Assembly (NCBI GenBank): GCA_963828735.1
Contig: CAWHFW010000005.1
Coordinates: 416,001-480,000 of the forward strand
DNA: 64,000 bases
Reading direction: 5' to 3'
DNA from: an uncultured Gemmatimonadales bacterium
Lineage (GTDB): Bacteria; Gemmatimonadota; Gemmatimonadetes; Gemmatimonadales; GWC2-71-9
How positions within the stretch are numbered: position 1 is the first letter of the stretch; the number at the start of each line of letters is the position of its first letter. A program made the translations under genes and the position numbers. Positions 9,772 through 18,927 of the stretch are shown piece after piece. The notes below the pieces were generated by a model. The model worked only from the letters and a program-made list of their open reading frames with translations, searched no databases and was not told the DNA's origin.

Positions 9772-10232
9772 CCGCCTGCCGATCGCCGCAGCCGCGTCAC
9801 CACCCGGTCGAGTGCAGCCGCGAAGGCCTGCCTGGCTCGAGCGTCGTATGGGGGCGGTCCTCCCGTGACCATGCCGGCGATACGGGCCTGATCCATGAAG
9901 TCGCGCACCGAGAGCCGCTCGCCGATCGTCTCGGCGGTATGCTCCTCTCCGCGTGGATCGAGAACGGCCACGCCCTTGGGCACGAGCAGCGCGGCGAGCG
10001 GCACGTCCTGGGTGACGACGAGATCGCCGGCGGTCGCGTGGGCCGCGATGTACTGGTCGGCGACGTCGGCGCCGCCGTCCACCCTGACCGCCTGGACGTG
10101 CGGGTTCCCGGGCGGCGTCTGCAGCCGCTGGTTGGCGACGAGGACGGTTTCGATCGCCAGGCGCTTGGCCGCGCGGAACACCAGTTCCTTCACGTCTCGG
10201 GGCGCCGCGTCGGCGTCGATCCAGATCTTCAG
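9768..10232 (-). CDS. yaiI: YaiI/YqxD (DUF188) family protein; probable CTG start
   Basis: KIWIDADAAP, DLVVTQDVPLA, TGGPPPY..RQAFAAALDR. Confidence 0.85.
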   Translation of the reverse strand: MKIWIDADAAPRDVKELVFRAAKRLAIETVLVANQRLQTPPGNPHVQAVRVDGGADVADQYIAAHATAGDLVVTQDVPLAALLVPKGVAVLDPRGEEHTAETIGERLSVRDFMDQARIAGMVTGGPPPYDARARQAFAAALDRVVTRLRRSAGG

Positions 10233-10386
10233 GGTGGGCTCGCGCGGTGGAGGGGAGACGGAGTTACGGCGTGCGTGTGCCCACGGCGTCGTCCCCCCAC
10301 GTGAGCGTCGAGCAGCAGCGGAAGCCGCCACACTCCCCCGCGCGACGGGCCACCCCCGAGCCTCACCACCGCGAGCGTGACCATCG

Positions 10387-12033
10387 CTAGCGCTGAACCA
10401 CCGGCGATGTGGCGGGTTTCGGCTCGTCGAGCAACCCAGGGTCGGCCCGGTAGAAGCGGTACGGCTGCTCGCCCGACACGTACATGTCGTCGTCGTTTGG
10501 CGGGAGGTCGGCATTGAAGTAATACCGAAGCACGTTTCCGAGGACGTTCACCAGCGTCACCGGCTCGCGGAACGCGCTGGCACCTTCCGCCGGGAGGTAG
10601 AAGGCGCCGAACGCCCCGAAGCGCTCGCGAATGAACGCCTTCGAGACGCGTTCCGGGTGTCCATAGAACCCGACATCGGCGAACCGCGGACCGTGGTCGC
10701 CGACCACGAGGATCACCGGCGGTGTCGGCGAGCGCCGGAGCAGAGTCGTCACCAGATCGAGCACCAGGTGGTCGACGCACCGCACCTGGCCGATGTAGTC
10801 GGCACGTTGCTCGGGTGTATCGGCCTCCTGGTCGTCCGGAATCCCATGGGCGAGAGGACGGCACCGATCGTCCACCAGGTACGGCACATGGGGGAGGAGG
10901 ATGTGCGCGAAGGTGAAGGTCGGCGCAGGGTTCGCCGCCACCGCGCGCAGACCCTCGAACGAGCGGAGAAAGTGCTCCACGACCGGGACCGGCGCTCGAT
11001 CCGCCCCGAGGACGAAACGCAACAACGACGAGCGCAGCACGGCGAGCCGCAGCTCCGTGCGGCGGACCTCGTGCTCGAGCTCGAACGCCGGGCCGGGGTC
11101 GAACTCCGCGTCGGCCAGCGGACTGGTCGACGTGGCCGCCCACCACGCCGACGGGAAGAGCACATACTCGTACCCACGTGCCTTCAGGAATCGTGCGGCG
11201 CGGTTGTACTTCACCAGATACGTGGGCAGCGAATGGTCCTTGCTCGTAACACCCGCGTCCCTGGCGAGCCTCGTCACGTGCGCGAAGTTCAAGAGCGACG
11301 AGACCGACAGGTAGGTCTGCACGTAGTTGCTCCGCACGTTCCGGGGCACCAGAAACCCGAGCGCGCGCAGGCTGTCCTCGAACCGCGAGTTGTCGAACCC
11401 GAACACCTCCTCCAACACTCTGGCATTGGCGTGCCCGTCGAGCACGATCAGATAGATGTCGCGGGGTGGCGTGTTCCGGCTCGGCGGCGGCGCGCCGACG
11501 GTGCGTACCGGTACCGCGAGCTCGCGTGCGAGGCCGCTCCGCCGCGCCGCCCGTGGCCCGCGCGCCTGCGAGAGCACCACCTGCGACCCTACCATGAGCA
11601 GCAGCAGGAGGCCGAATCGCGTCATGAGCGCGCTCACGCCGAGCAGCCGCTCGCGCGGCTGACGGAGCAGCCAAGCCGCCGCCGCGAGCGTGGCGAGGAC
11701 GCCGACCGGCACGAGCACGCTATCGCGCGAAACGCCTGGGCTGAGAGCGGCGATCGCGTTCCGCGCAGGGACATAGTAGAAGAACCACGCCACGGCGAGC
11801 ATGGCCAGCGCCGCCGCCAGGGGCGCCGCTCGATCGGCCCGGTCGAGCAGGCGCACCACCGCGTACGTAGCCGCCACCGCCAAAACGGCTAGGAGGGTCA
11901 CCGCGGCGAGCACCACGATGAGGTCGGATGGGCGGTACTGTCCCGTGCTGGTCGCCGCGATGCCCAGCACGAGCGAGGCGGCGAAGAACACCGGGTACAG
12001 CAACGGATAGAATGGCCCCCCGCGGGGTGCCAT
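10387..12033 (-). CDS. Membrane-anchored alkaline-phosphatase/sulfatase-superfamily transferase (NoeB/LtaS-like)
   Basis: About 5 N-terminal TM helices; DIYLIVLDGH, SNYVQTYLS, HILLPHVPY, GDHG metal motifs. Confidence 0.82.
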   Translation of the reverse strand: MAPRGGPFYPLLYPVFFAASLVLGIAATSTGQYRPSDLIVVLAAVTLLAVLAVAATYAVVRLLDRADRAAPLAAALAMLAVAWFFYYVPARNAIAALSPGVSRDSVLVPVGVLATLAAAAWLLRQPRERLLGVSALMTRFGLLLLLMVGSQVVLSQARGPRAARRSGLARELAVPVRTVGAPPPSRNTPPRDIYLIVLDGHANARVLEEVFGFDNSRFEDSLRALGFLVPRNVRSNYVQTYLSVSSLLNFAHVTRLARDAGVTSKDHSLPTYLVKYNRAARFLKARGYEYVLFPSAWWAATSTSPLADAEFDPGPAFELEHEVRRTELRLAVLRSSLLRFVLGADRAPVPVVEHFLRSFEGLRAVAANPAPTFTFAHILLPHVPYLVDDRCRPLAHGIPDDQEADTPEQRADYIGQVRCVDHLVLDLVTTLLRRSPTPPVILVVGDHGPRFADVGFYGHPERVSKAFIRERFGAFGAFYLPAEGASAFREPVTLVNVLGNVLRYYFNADLPPNDDDMYVSGEQPYRFYRADPGLLDEPKPATSPVVQR

Positions 12034-12034
12034 C

Positions 12035-13417
12035 CTAGGCCTCGCGCCGATGCATCAGGTACAGCGAGCGCTGCGAATCGTCGATGGGCGCCTTCGTTGC
12101 GATCTCGTAGTGACGCTCGAATGCGCGCTCGAAGCCGTCCTGCGTGTATTCCGGGAAGATGTCCGGGCGGTTCCGGAGCAGCCGCTCGACCTGCGAGTCC
12201 GATTTCGGGACGAACTCGACCACCAGGCTCCGGCCGAGTCGGGCGAAGAGCTCGGCGATGCGCTGGAGCGGGACGTTGTTCGGGATGGCCAGGTGATGGA
12301 CGAGCGCCAGCGCGATGACGGCGTCCGCCGGCCCACGAGCCTCGAGAGACGAGCGCTCCTCGTGCGCCCATCCGATGGCGGGGGACGGGTTCATCAGATC
12401 GAGCTGCAGCGGGAGGAGTCCCGTCTCCCCACGCCGGCGGACCTCGCGGTAGTTCAACTCCACTGCCGCGGGGTCGGCGTCGAAACAGACAACCGACGGG
12501 ACTATCTCCCGCGCCGTACGGCTGAACTCACCCGTGTTTCCGCCCAGGTCCCACACCGTCCGTGGCTTGGCCGAGGCGAGGTAGTCGCGCACCAGACGTT
12601 GCTTCGCCGCTCGCGCGCCCTCCGAGTAATTGTGGTCCCTGGCGTAGTCCGCCCACGGCGTGCCCGCCGGCCGCCAATTGAGCCGCTCCACCGCGTTGCG
12701 CAGGCTGGCCACGAACCCTAGCAGTCCGCGCTTGCTCAGCCCCCGGCTCCGCGTCACGGCCGCGACGGATGCCCCCTGGTATCGCTTGGTCGCCCGCGCG
12801 TGCATGTGCACGTGCAACAGCATGCCGGCGCGCGCCCAGGTCCACCGGGGAAGCAGCGCGCTCCCAAGGTCGACCGGGACACCGTCCATGTACTCGCGCT
12901 GGAGCCGGCCGCAGCGAACATCGCGCATGCTCATCAGCGCGAGCGGTACGAGGAAGTGCTCGCAGAACTGCTTGTAGGCCGCCCAGGGCTCACCCTCGCG
13001 GTAGCGAGCGAACGAGAGCGTGTCGATCAGGATCGGGCGCGCGTCGCGAAATTGCACGTTGTAGGCGCTCGCATCCCGCAGGACGAACCCACGGGCCAGT
13101 GCGCGCTCCTGTACGTCGAGGGTCAACAAAGCCGCGTCCTTGAGCTCTCCGAACGTCCACTCGTACGGGTACGAGACGAACTCGATGCGCGTCGGTTCGA
13201 TCACCGCGTGGGCATCGGGCGAGGATGCCCGCTCGATGCCCACGGGACGGTGCGGGATCAGGAGCCCACCGGCCGCGAGCTCGTCGTAGAGCCCGGAAGC
13301 CACACACGCGTCGAACTCTTCGGCGAAGACCCGGTTGACCTGCCGATAGAGCACACCATCGGCGAGGTAGACGAATCCGCTCGGGTCGCGGAACGAGCCC
13401 CGCACGTCTTCCACCAT
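12035..13417 (-). CDS. NoeA-like class I SAM-dependent methyltransferase
   Basis: SFRDPSGFV N-terminus, SYPYEW, DASAYNVQF, C-terminal VWDLGGNTGEFS and LALVHHLAI. Confidence 0.85.
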   Translation of the reverse strand: MVEDVRGSFRDPSGFVYLADGVLYRQVNRVFAEEFDACVASGLYDELAAGGLLIPHRPVGIERASSPDAHAVIEPTRIEFVSYPYEWTFGELKDAALLTLDVQERALARGFVLRDASAYNVQFRDARPILIDTLSFARYREGEPWAAYKQFCEHFLVPLALMSMRDVRCGRLQREYMDGVPVDLGSALLPRWTWARAGMLLHVHMHARATKRYQGASVAAVTRSRGLSKRGLLGFVASLRNAVERLNWRPAGTPWADYARDHNYSEGARAAKQRLVRDYLASAKPRTVWDLGGNTGEFSRTAREIVPSVVCFDADPAAVELNYREVRRRGETGLLPLQLDLMNPSPAIGWAHEERSSLEARGPADAVIALALVHHLAIPNNVPLQRIAELFARLGRSLVVEFVPKSDSQVERLLRNRPDIFPEYTQDGFERAFERHYEIATKAPIDDSQRSLYLMHRREA

Positions 13418-13560
13418 CAGGGTTTCTCGCTCCGGCCGAGCAACCTCCGGAAGAAGCGCTTCACCGATTCCCGCGCGCTCTTGACGCTGGCCGTCACGGC
13501 GAGGACGCCGGCAGCCAGCACCTGCAGGATCAGGCTTCCAGCTGCAGGATCGATGTACAT
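13417..13560 (-). CDS. 47-aa membrane peptide MYIDPAAGSLILQVLAAGVLAV...
   Basis: GAGG RBS before ATG 13560; single TM then basic tail; TGATG overlap with methyltransferase start. Confidence 0.8.
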   Translation of the reverse strand: MYIDPAAGSLILQVLAAGVLAVTASVKSARESVKRFFRRLLGRSEKP

Positions 13561-13633
13561 GCGGACCTCATCGTGAGAGTGTGACCCAGCGTGTGTTCCC
13601 GACGCACAGATCCCGCAGACCGACCGAACGACG

Positions 13634-14164
13634 TCAACCTTGCCCACCGCCATTCGATCCCGACGTGACGTGCGCACCCCGGGCGTAGGACATGGCCGGC
13701 TTGGCCAGCTGTCGCCGAAGGAAGGCAATCTGGCCCAGATGATAGGAGTCGTGCTGCACCAGGAAAGCGATCAGACCCAGCCGAGTGCTGTCTCCGAGCG
13801 GGAAGCGGTGCACATTGGACTCGGACAGCTCCGCCTCCGTCATCCGCTCCAGAATCTCACGCAAGTGCAGGCTGACAGATAGCCACCCGGTCCGGATCTC
13901 CTCCAGCGTCGGCCATTCGCCAATGTCCGCGAGGCTTCGCGCATCGGCGAGATAGGGAGCGAGCGGATTGGCGAGCGAGTCCCCCAGCCTTTCGACCAGG
14001 AAGTGCCGGGTATCCGTCAGATGGGCGGCTAGGAACGCCACGTTGTTCCCACCCCCGTCGAGGCAGCGCCGCGCCTCCGCGTCCGAGAGATCGCCGATAC
14101 AGTTGAGCAGCAGATCGGTGTTGAGGTCGAAGATGGCGGCCAGCGGAGCGAGCTGGGAATTCAT
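13634..14164 (-). CDS. DinB family protein
   Basis: LAAHL and HDSYHLGQI motifs; AGGAG RBS. Confidence 0.85.
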   Translation of the reverse strand: MNSQLAPLAAIFDLNTDLLLNCIGDLSDAEARRCLDGGGNNVAFLAAHLTDTRHFLVERLGDSLANPLAPYLADARSLADIGEWPTLEEIRTGWLSVSLHLREILERMTEAELSESNVHRFPLGDSTRLGLIAFLVQHDSYHLGQIAFLRRQLAKPAMSYARGAHVTSGSNGGGQG

Positions 14165-14495
14165 GAGGTCATCTCCTGGCGCTGACCGTTCGCTGCCGAC
14201 TCGGACGCGCGTCACCCAGGCACGCATTCGGGTGGCTCACGGGTCGCGGCGGGCGGCGAGAAGATCGGATGGCGAGTCGCCTGTGGCCGTGAGGGTGGGG
14301 AATGGAGAAATCTCGTGCGGCCGATCGGCGGCGCTAAGCGGGCCGAGCCTGGGTCCTGCCGGCCCTCAGGCGGGCCAGGTGGGGGTAAGACATCCCCATT
14401 CAGGCCCCAGATCACCCCAAGAATCACCGGGCCCCGTCGCACGGGCGAATTCTCGACAGGAATCGTGAAGAGCTAGACGCAGTCGCGGTGGGCGG

Positions 14496-15098
14496 TCAGG
14501 CCTGCTTCCGGTTTCGCTCCCGAAGCCGGAGCAGGGCGGCCATCATCTCGCTGGCGGCGGCATGGTGCTCCTTCGCGAGCGCGACCTGGCGGGCCGCGAG
14601 GGAACGCGACTCGGCGGCGTCGGCGCGGGCCAGGCGGGAGCGCTGGCGGGCCGCCTGCGACTCGAGCACGAGCGGCTCGACCACGGCAGCCAGGTGCTCG
14701 ATCGAGAATGGCTTGTGGACGAAGGGGACTTCCTGGAGGTCGGGCGGCAGCTCGGACGATCCCGACATCGCAACCAGTGAAAGGTCTGGGCGGCACTCCT
14801 GGAGGACGGCGATCAGCTCGGCCCCGGAGACCACCGGCATCTCGAGATCGGTGACGACGGCGTCGAACAGATGCGCCTCGTCCCGCCCGATGACCTGGAT
14901 GGCATGCTCCCCGTCGGCCGCCTCGACCACCGTGATACGACTGAGCTCGAGCATGCGCCGCACCGAGCGCCGGACCATCGGATCGTCGTCCACGACCAGC
15001 AACGTCGATCCTTCCGGCAGGTTGCGCTCGGTCGAGCTCGAGATCGAAATCGGCCATGCGAGCCACCGTGTCGATGGTGATTTCGGGGGAGGGTGCAT
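14496..15098 (-). CDS. Response regulator receiver protein with C-terminal helical tail; start uncertain
   Basis: LLVVDDD, VVTDLEMP, AMSG, HKPF. Confidence 0.8.
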   Translation of the reverse strand: MHPPPKSPSTRWLAWPISISSSTERNLPEGSTLLVVDDDPMVRRSVRRMLELSRITVVEAADGEHAIQVIGRDEAHLFDAVVTDLEMPVVSGAELIAVLQECRPDLSLVAMSGSSELPPDLQEVPFVHKPFSIEHLAAVVEPLVLESQAARQRSRLARADAAESRSLAARQVALAKEHHAAASEMMAALLRLRERNRKQA

Positions 15099-15158
15099 CC
15101 GTAATATGCGGCCGCCGAACGCCGGAGGCCAGCGCCCATGCCACGCGCCTGGTACCGC

Positions 15159-16916
15159 CTACTTGGAACGCGTCCCCTGGGGATCCACGTGCAGGACCGC
15201 CATCATGCCCGCGCCGAGGTGCTCCGCGATGTGGCAGTGCAGCATCCACGCGCCGGGGTTGGACGCGTCGATCAACAGGTCCACCGTCGAGCCGACCGGA
15301 ACCAGCGCCGTATCCTTCCACACGAGGTTCCTGGTTGGGACGCCGTCACGCGCAACGACCAGCATGCGCTGGCCGTGCAGGTGAATCGGATGTTGCATCG
15401 GATGGAACGAGCGCGGGTCGTTGAAGATCCTGAGCTTGACCACCGACCCCTGCTTCACGTGCCAGTCGATGGCGTCGTTTTCCTTACCCGTCGCGTCGTC
15501 CCGCAAAATCCAGCGCACCTGCGCCGAGGTCGAGAGCCAGTTCATGTCCGGCATGCCGTCCACCCACTCGACCGGCGCGTAGTAGGCGGTATCGATCGTC
15601 ATGAACTGAACTGTGGCGAGCGGCAGCCCGGACGTGCGCACAGTCAGCGTGAGGCGCTTGTCGGGCGGCGTGCCGAAGTAGGGCCGGAACCGCTCGATGT
15701 CCTTGGACACCTCGGCGTTGGCGCGGAGTCGGTCGAACGCGGCGCCGTGGTCCGGCGTGGCCGGCGCGGAATCCACCATCACGACGCCGAGCGTATCCGC
15801 CTGCGCCTCGAACTCCCCGCGATAGTGGTTGATGGCCTGCACGGCGTTGACCAGCGGATAGCGGCCCGGACGATCGAACCGCACCTCCGCGATGTAGCGC
15901 TCCGCCGGCGCCAGCACGACGCTCGGCACCCGGACCTCGCGCTCGAACCGGCTCACGTCAGAAGCGAGAACCTTGATCGGCGCGCCGCCGAACGAAAGGT
16001 TGAACGTCCGTGAGCTCGCGGCGTTGGTGAGGTAGAAGCGCACCACCTCGCCGCGATGCACGTGCAGCGTGTAGTCGGGCTCGCCGTTCACGAGCAGCAG
16101 GTTGCCGACCCGGCCCATCAGGGTGAAGTCCGGCGCCTCGCGGCCGTACGGGATGAGAGTGTCCCGCTGCATCAGCAGATCGCCCAGTACCAGCGCCTGC
16201 TCCTGGTTGGCCGGCGAGTAGTAGTCCTGCTCGGGCGAGTCCACGAGCATGTTGCCGACGAGACCCATCGCCTGCTCGATGTCCTCGCGCACGTGCGGGT
16301 GATACCAATAGACGCCGGCGTCGGGAAACCGGACCGTATAGACGAAGTCGCCTCCCGGCGGCACCGGCTCCTGGGTGACCCCGACCGCGCCGTCCGAGCG
16401 ATTGTCCAGCCGCACGCCGTGCCAGTGCACGCTGCTCGGCAGGTCGATCCGGTTGTGGAAGCGGACGGTGATCGTGGCCCCCTGAGGAACACGGATGAGC
16501 GGCCCCGGCACCTGGCCGTTGAACCCGTACATGGCGAACGCGTGCCCGCGAATCGTGCGTCGGAGCAGCGCGGCCGTGAGGTCGAGGGTGTCGCCGCGCC
16601 GGAGCGGCGTGAGCGATGCGGGCCTGGCGACCGGAAGGCGCATCGGATCGGAGCCCCCGCCCGGGACAAAGGACGCGACGGCGGGGGTGAGGCCCACGAG
16701 TCCCGGCATCATCGCCATCCCCCGGGGCATCGGTACGGGCATCGCCATCGCGGTGTCCGAAGGCGCCATACCGGGCATGTCCTTCATGCCACGCATGTCG
16801 TGCGCCGGCTGCTGTGCGGGTTGCTGCGCCGCGAGGGACGAGCTCGCCATCGTGCTGGCGGCGACGGCGGCTCCGAGCGTCGCCCGCACCAGGCGTGCGC
16901 ATGCGGTGCCGCTCAT
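15159..16916 (-). CDS. Multicopper oxidase with Met-rich N-terminal region
   Basis: HWHG, YWYHPH, HPIHLHG, HCHIAEHLGAGM copper motifs; ATG 16916 overlaps upstream stop. Confidence 0.93.
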   Translation of the reverse strand: MSGTACARLVRATLGAAVAASTMASSSLAAQQPAQQPAHDMRGMKDMPGMAPSDTAMAMPVPMPRGMAMMPGLVGLTPAVASFVPGGGSDPMRLPVARPASLTPLRRGDTLDLTAALLRRTIRGHAFAMYGFNGQVPGPLIRVPQGATITVRFHNRIDLPSSVHWHGVRLDNRSDGAVGVTQEPVPPGGDFVYTVRFPDAGVYWYHPHVREDIEQAMGLVGNMLVDSPEQDYYSPANQEQALVLGDLLMQRDTLIPYGREAPDFTLMGRVGNLLLVNGEPDYTLHVHRGEVVRFYLTNAASSRTFNLSFGGAPIKVLASDVSRFEREVRVPSVVLAPAERYIAEVRFDRPGRYPLVNAVQAINHYRGEFEAQADTLGVVMVDSAPATPDHGAAFDRLRANAEVSKDIERFRPYFGTPPDKRLTLTVRTSGLPLATVQFMTIDTAYYAPVEWVDGMPDMNWLSTSAQVRWILRDDATGKENDAIDWHVKQGSVVKLRIFNDPRSFHPMQHPIHLHGQRMLVVARDGVPTRNLVWKDTALVPVGSTVDLLIDASNPGAWMLHCHIAEHLGAGMMAVLHVDPQGTRSK

Positions 16917-17389
16917 TGGGTGATGCCGCGGAAGAGCGGATGGGTCACGAACGATTGCAGCCAGCCGCTCGGCGAGGTGCCGTGCAGTACGGTGGGGCCC
17001 GTGTGCGCGGCCGCCGCGGAATCCGACTCGGCCGTGATGACGAGGAGGAACTTGTTGAGCTCCGCCGGCCCGACCGTCGATGTGCCGTTGTTCACGAGCC
17101 CAAGGCGCACCCACTGGCTCAGATCGGGCAGGACCGCCCAGGCGACGTAGGCGGTGAAGCGCCCCAGCCTGTCGGGCCTGGGGAGATGCGAGGCGGTGAT
17201 GGTGATGTTGTAGCTCGCGTGGCCGTCGGCCGTGACGCCGACGCCGAAGGGCGAGTCCGTCGGGATCAGGCGGGCCCGGCCCTCCGCGCCGGGCGCCGCC
17301 GTGGTCGGGTGGAGCGCGATGTCGTACGGGCCGGCCGGGACGACGAGCAGGAGCAGGCCCGCGGCCAGCGCACCGAGCCGGGGGGTCAC
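16913..17389 (-). CDS. Exported hypothetical protein
   Basis: Signal-peptide-like N-terminus; 4-nt overlaps with both neighbours. Confidence 0.75.
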   Translation of the reverse strand: MTPRLGALAAGLLLLVVPAGPYDIALHPTTAAPGAEGRARLIPTDSPFGVGVTADGHASYNITITASHLPRPDRLGRFTAYVAWAVLPDLSQWVRLGLVNNGTSTVGPAELNKFLLVITAESDSAAAAHTGPTVLHGTSPSGWLQSFVTHPLFRGITQ

Positions 17390-18774
17390 CGCGTGCTCTT
17401 GCCCTCGGACGTCGCCGCCGCGGCCACGACGGGCCCCCGATCGTAGTCCTGTACGCTCGAGATGTTCGGCATCCCGTGGTCATGGCCGTTCCAGCCCTTG
17501 AACCCGTCGAGCTTGAACAGCCAGAGCCCGCTCCGCATGTCGCTCATCGCGATCAGCCCGTCGCGGTTTCGCACGTCGATGCCGAAGGCGCCCTGCTCCA
17601 CGCTGTTCGAGCCCTGCCACCCGTTGTCGAAGTTGCCACCGAAGCCCTTCCCGTGCTCGCATTCGCAGGTGTAGTACCAGCCGTCGGTCTTGGGCGCCGT
17701 CGGATCCTTGAGGTCGAACACCTGAAAGCCGTCCTCGTAGGCGGCGACGAAGACGTAGGGCCAGCGGACCTCGTGGTTGTGCGACAGGTCGCGCCAGTCC
17801 GCGGTCCACGCGCTGATGGCGAGGTCCAGGTTCTTGGTCGAGTCGCGCTGGCCGGGGCCGAGGTCCCAGATCCGGAGTGGGGTGTACTCGTACTCCGTCA
17901 TGGTGACGGCGTAGCGGCCATCGGGCGACGGCGTGAAGGTATGGGCGATGTCGAAGCCCAGGCCGGTGAGGGTGAACATCTGCGTCGGCGCCTCGGGATG
18001 AGTCACGTCCCACACCGAGTAGCCGCCCAGGCCGGCGCCGTAGAACTTGTCCTGCTTGGTCGCGGGATCGTAGCCGACGTAGAAGTCGTGATAGCCGCCG
18101 GCGCCGATCTGCTTGAACGGCGTCGGATTCGGCACTCCGCCGACGATCCAGCTGCTCGAGTCGGCCCCGCTCACCACCTTGCCCAGGTCGTAGACCAGCG
18201 CCTTGGTGTCGTTGATCGTGGCGAACAGCAGCACCCGTCCGTCGGAGTGTTTATAGGCGAAGATGTTGTGGAAGCCGCCCGGCGCCGCGGGATAGCGGAG
18301 GCGAGCCACCTCCTTGACCTTGCTCGAGGCGGGCAGGCCGGTCACGTCGAACACGACGGCGCCGAGATCGGCGTCGGGGCTGCCCTGCATGAACTGGAGC
18401 GACTGCACGAAGTAGTATTTCTGGCCGATCTTGAAGTACTTGCCGTCCATGGCGCCGATGCCGCGGTGCAGCTCCGGGTTCGCGATGTGCCAGTCGAAGA
18501 TCTTGCGGGGATGGGACGGGTCCTTCACGTCGTAGATCTGGGTGCCGAAGTTCACGAAGCCGCACACGTAGACGTAGGGCCGGCCGGGGTCCTGCTCCAT
18601 CTCCATGTCGGCTGCTTTCCACGCGCCGGGATTGTTGACGATGTGGGCCAACAGGTGCACCGACTTGCTGCCGCCGTGCTTCTGGTCGAACGGGCGCACC
18701 GCGACGCCGGGATCCTGGGCCCACGCCGCGGCGGGGATGCCGCACAGCGCCAGCAGGACGAGCAACCGGGACAT
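17386..18774 (-). CDS. Secreted LVIVD-like beta-propeller protein with repeated His motifs
   Basis: Signal peptide AAWA; repeats IYDVKDPSHP, VWDVTHPEAP, VFDLKDPTAP; GGAGG RBS. Confidence 0.8.
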   Translation of the reverse strand: MSRLLVLLALCGIPAAAWAQDPGVAVRPFDQKHGGSKSVHLLAHIVNNPGAWKAADMEMEQDPGRPYVYVCGFVNFGTQIYDVKDPSHPRKIFDWHIANPELHRGIGAMDGKYFKIGQKYYFVQSLQFMQGSPDADLGAVVFDVTGLPASSKVKEVARLRYPAAPGGFHNIFAYKHSDGRVLLFATINDTKALVYDLGKVVSGADSSSWIVGGVPNPTPFKQIGAGGYHDFYVGYDPATKQDKFYGAGLGGYSVWDVTHPEAPTQMFTLTGLGFDIAHTFTPSPDGRYAVTMTEYEYTPLRIWDLGPGQRDSTKNLDLAISAWTADWRDLSHNHEVRWPYVFVAAYEDGFQVFDLKDPTAPKTDGWYYTCECEHGKGFGGNFDNGWQGSNSVEQGAFGIDVRNRDGLIAMSDMRSGLWLFKLDGFKGWNGHDHGMPNISSVQDYDRGPVVAAAATSEGKSTR

Positions 18775-18927
18775 CGAACCTCCGTTGAGGGTGATCGGGG
18801 AAAGATAGCGGCGCCAGCAAGCCGGAGGCTTCCGGGACGACTGTGAACGGGCCTGCCGCCGGGCTGGCGGCGTGGGTGGCGCATTCGGGCTAGATTCTTC
18901 CCGTCACGAACCCTCCGACGGGAAATC

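Noticed and set aside
14230..14490. Intergenic region between the response regulator and dinB as possible ncRNA
   Set aside because: Only short GC stems; no recognisable motif
16917..17483. N-terminal extension of the multicopper oxidase in the ORF track (similar extensions for 31935..35375, 39136..40947, 28225..29535, 29112..30392)
   Set aside because: Extensions overlap upstream genes in another frame; internal starts coincide with stop/start overlaps
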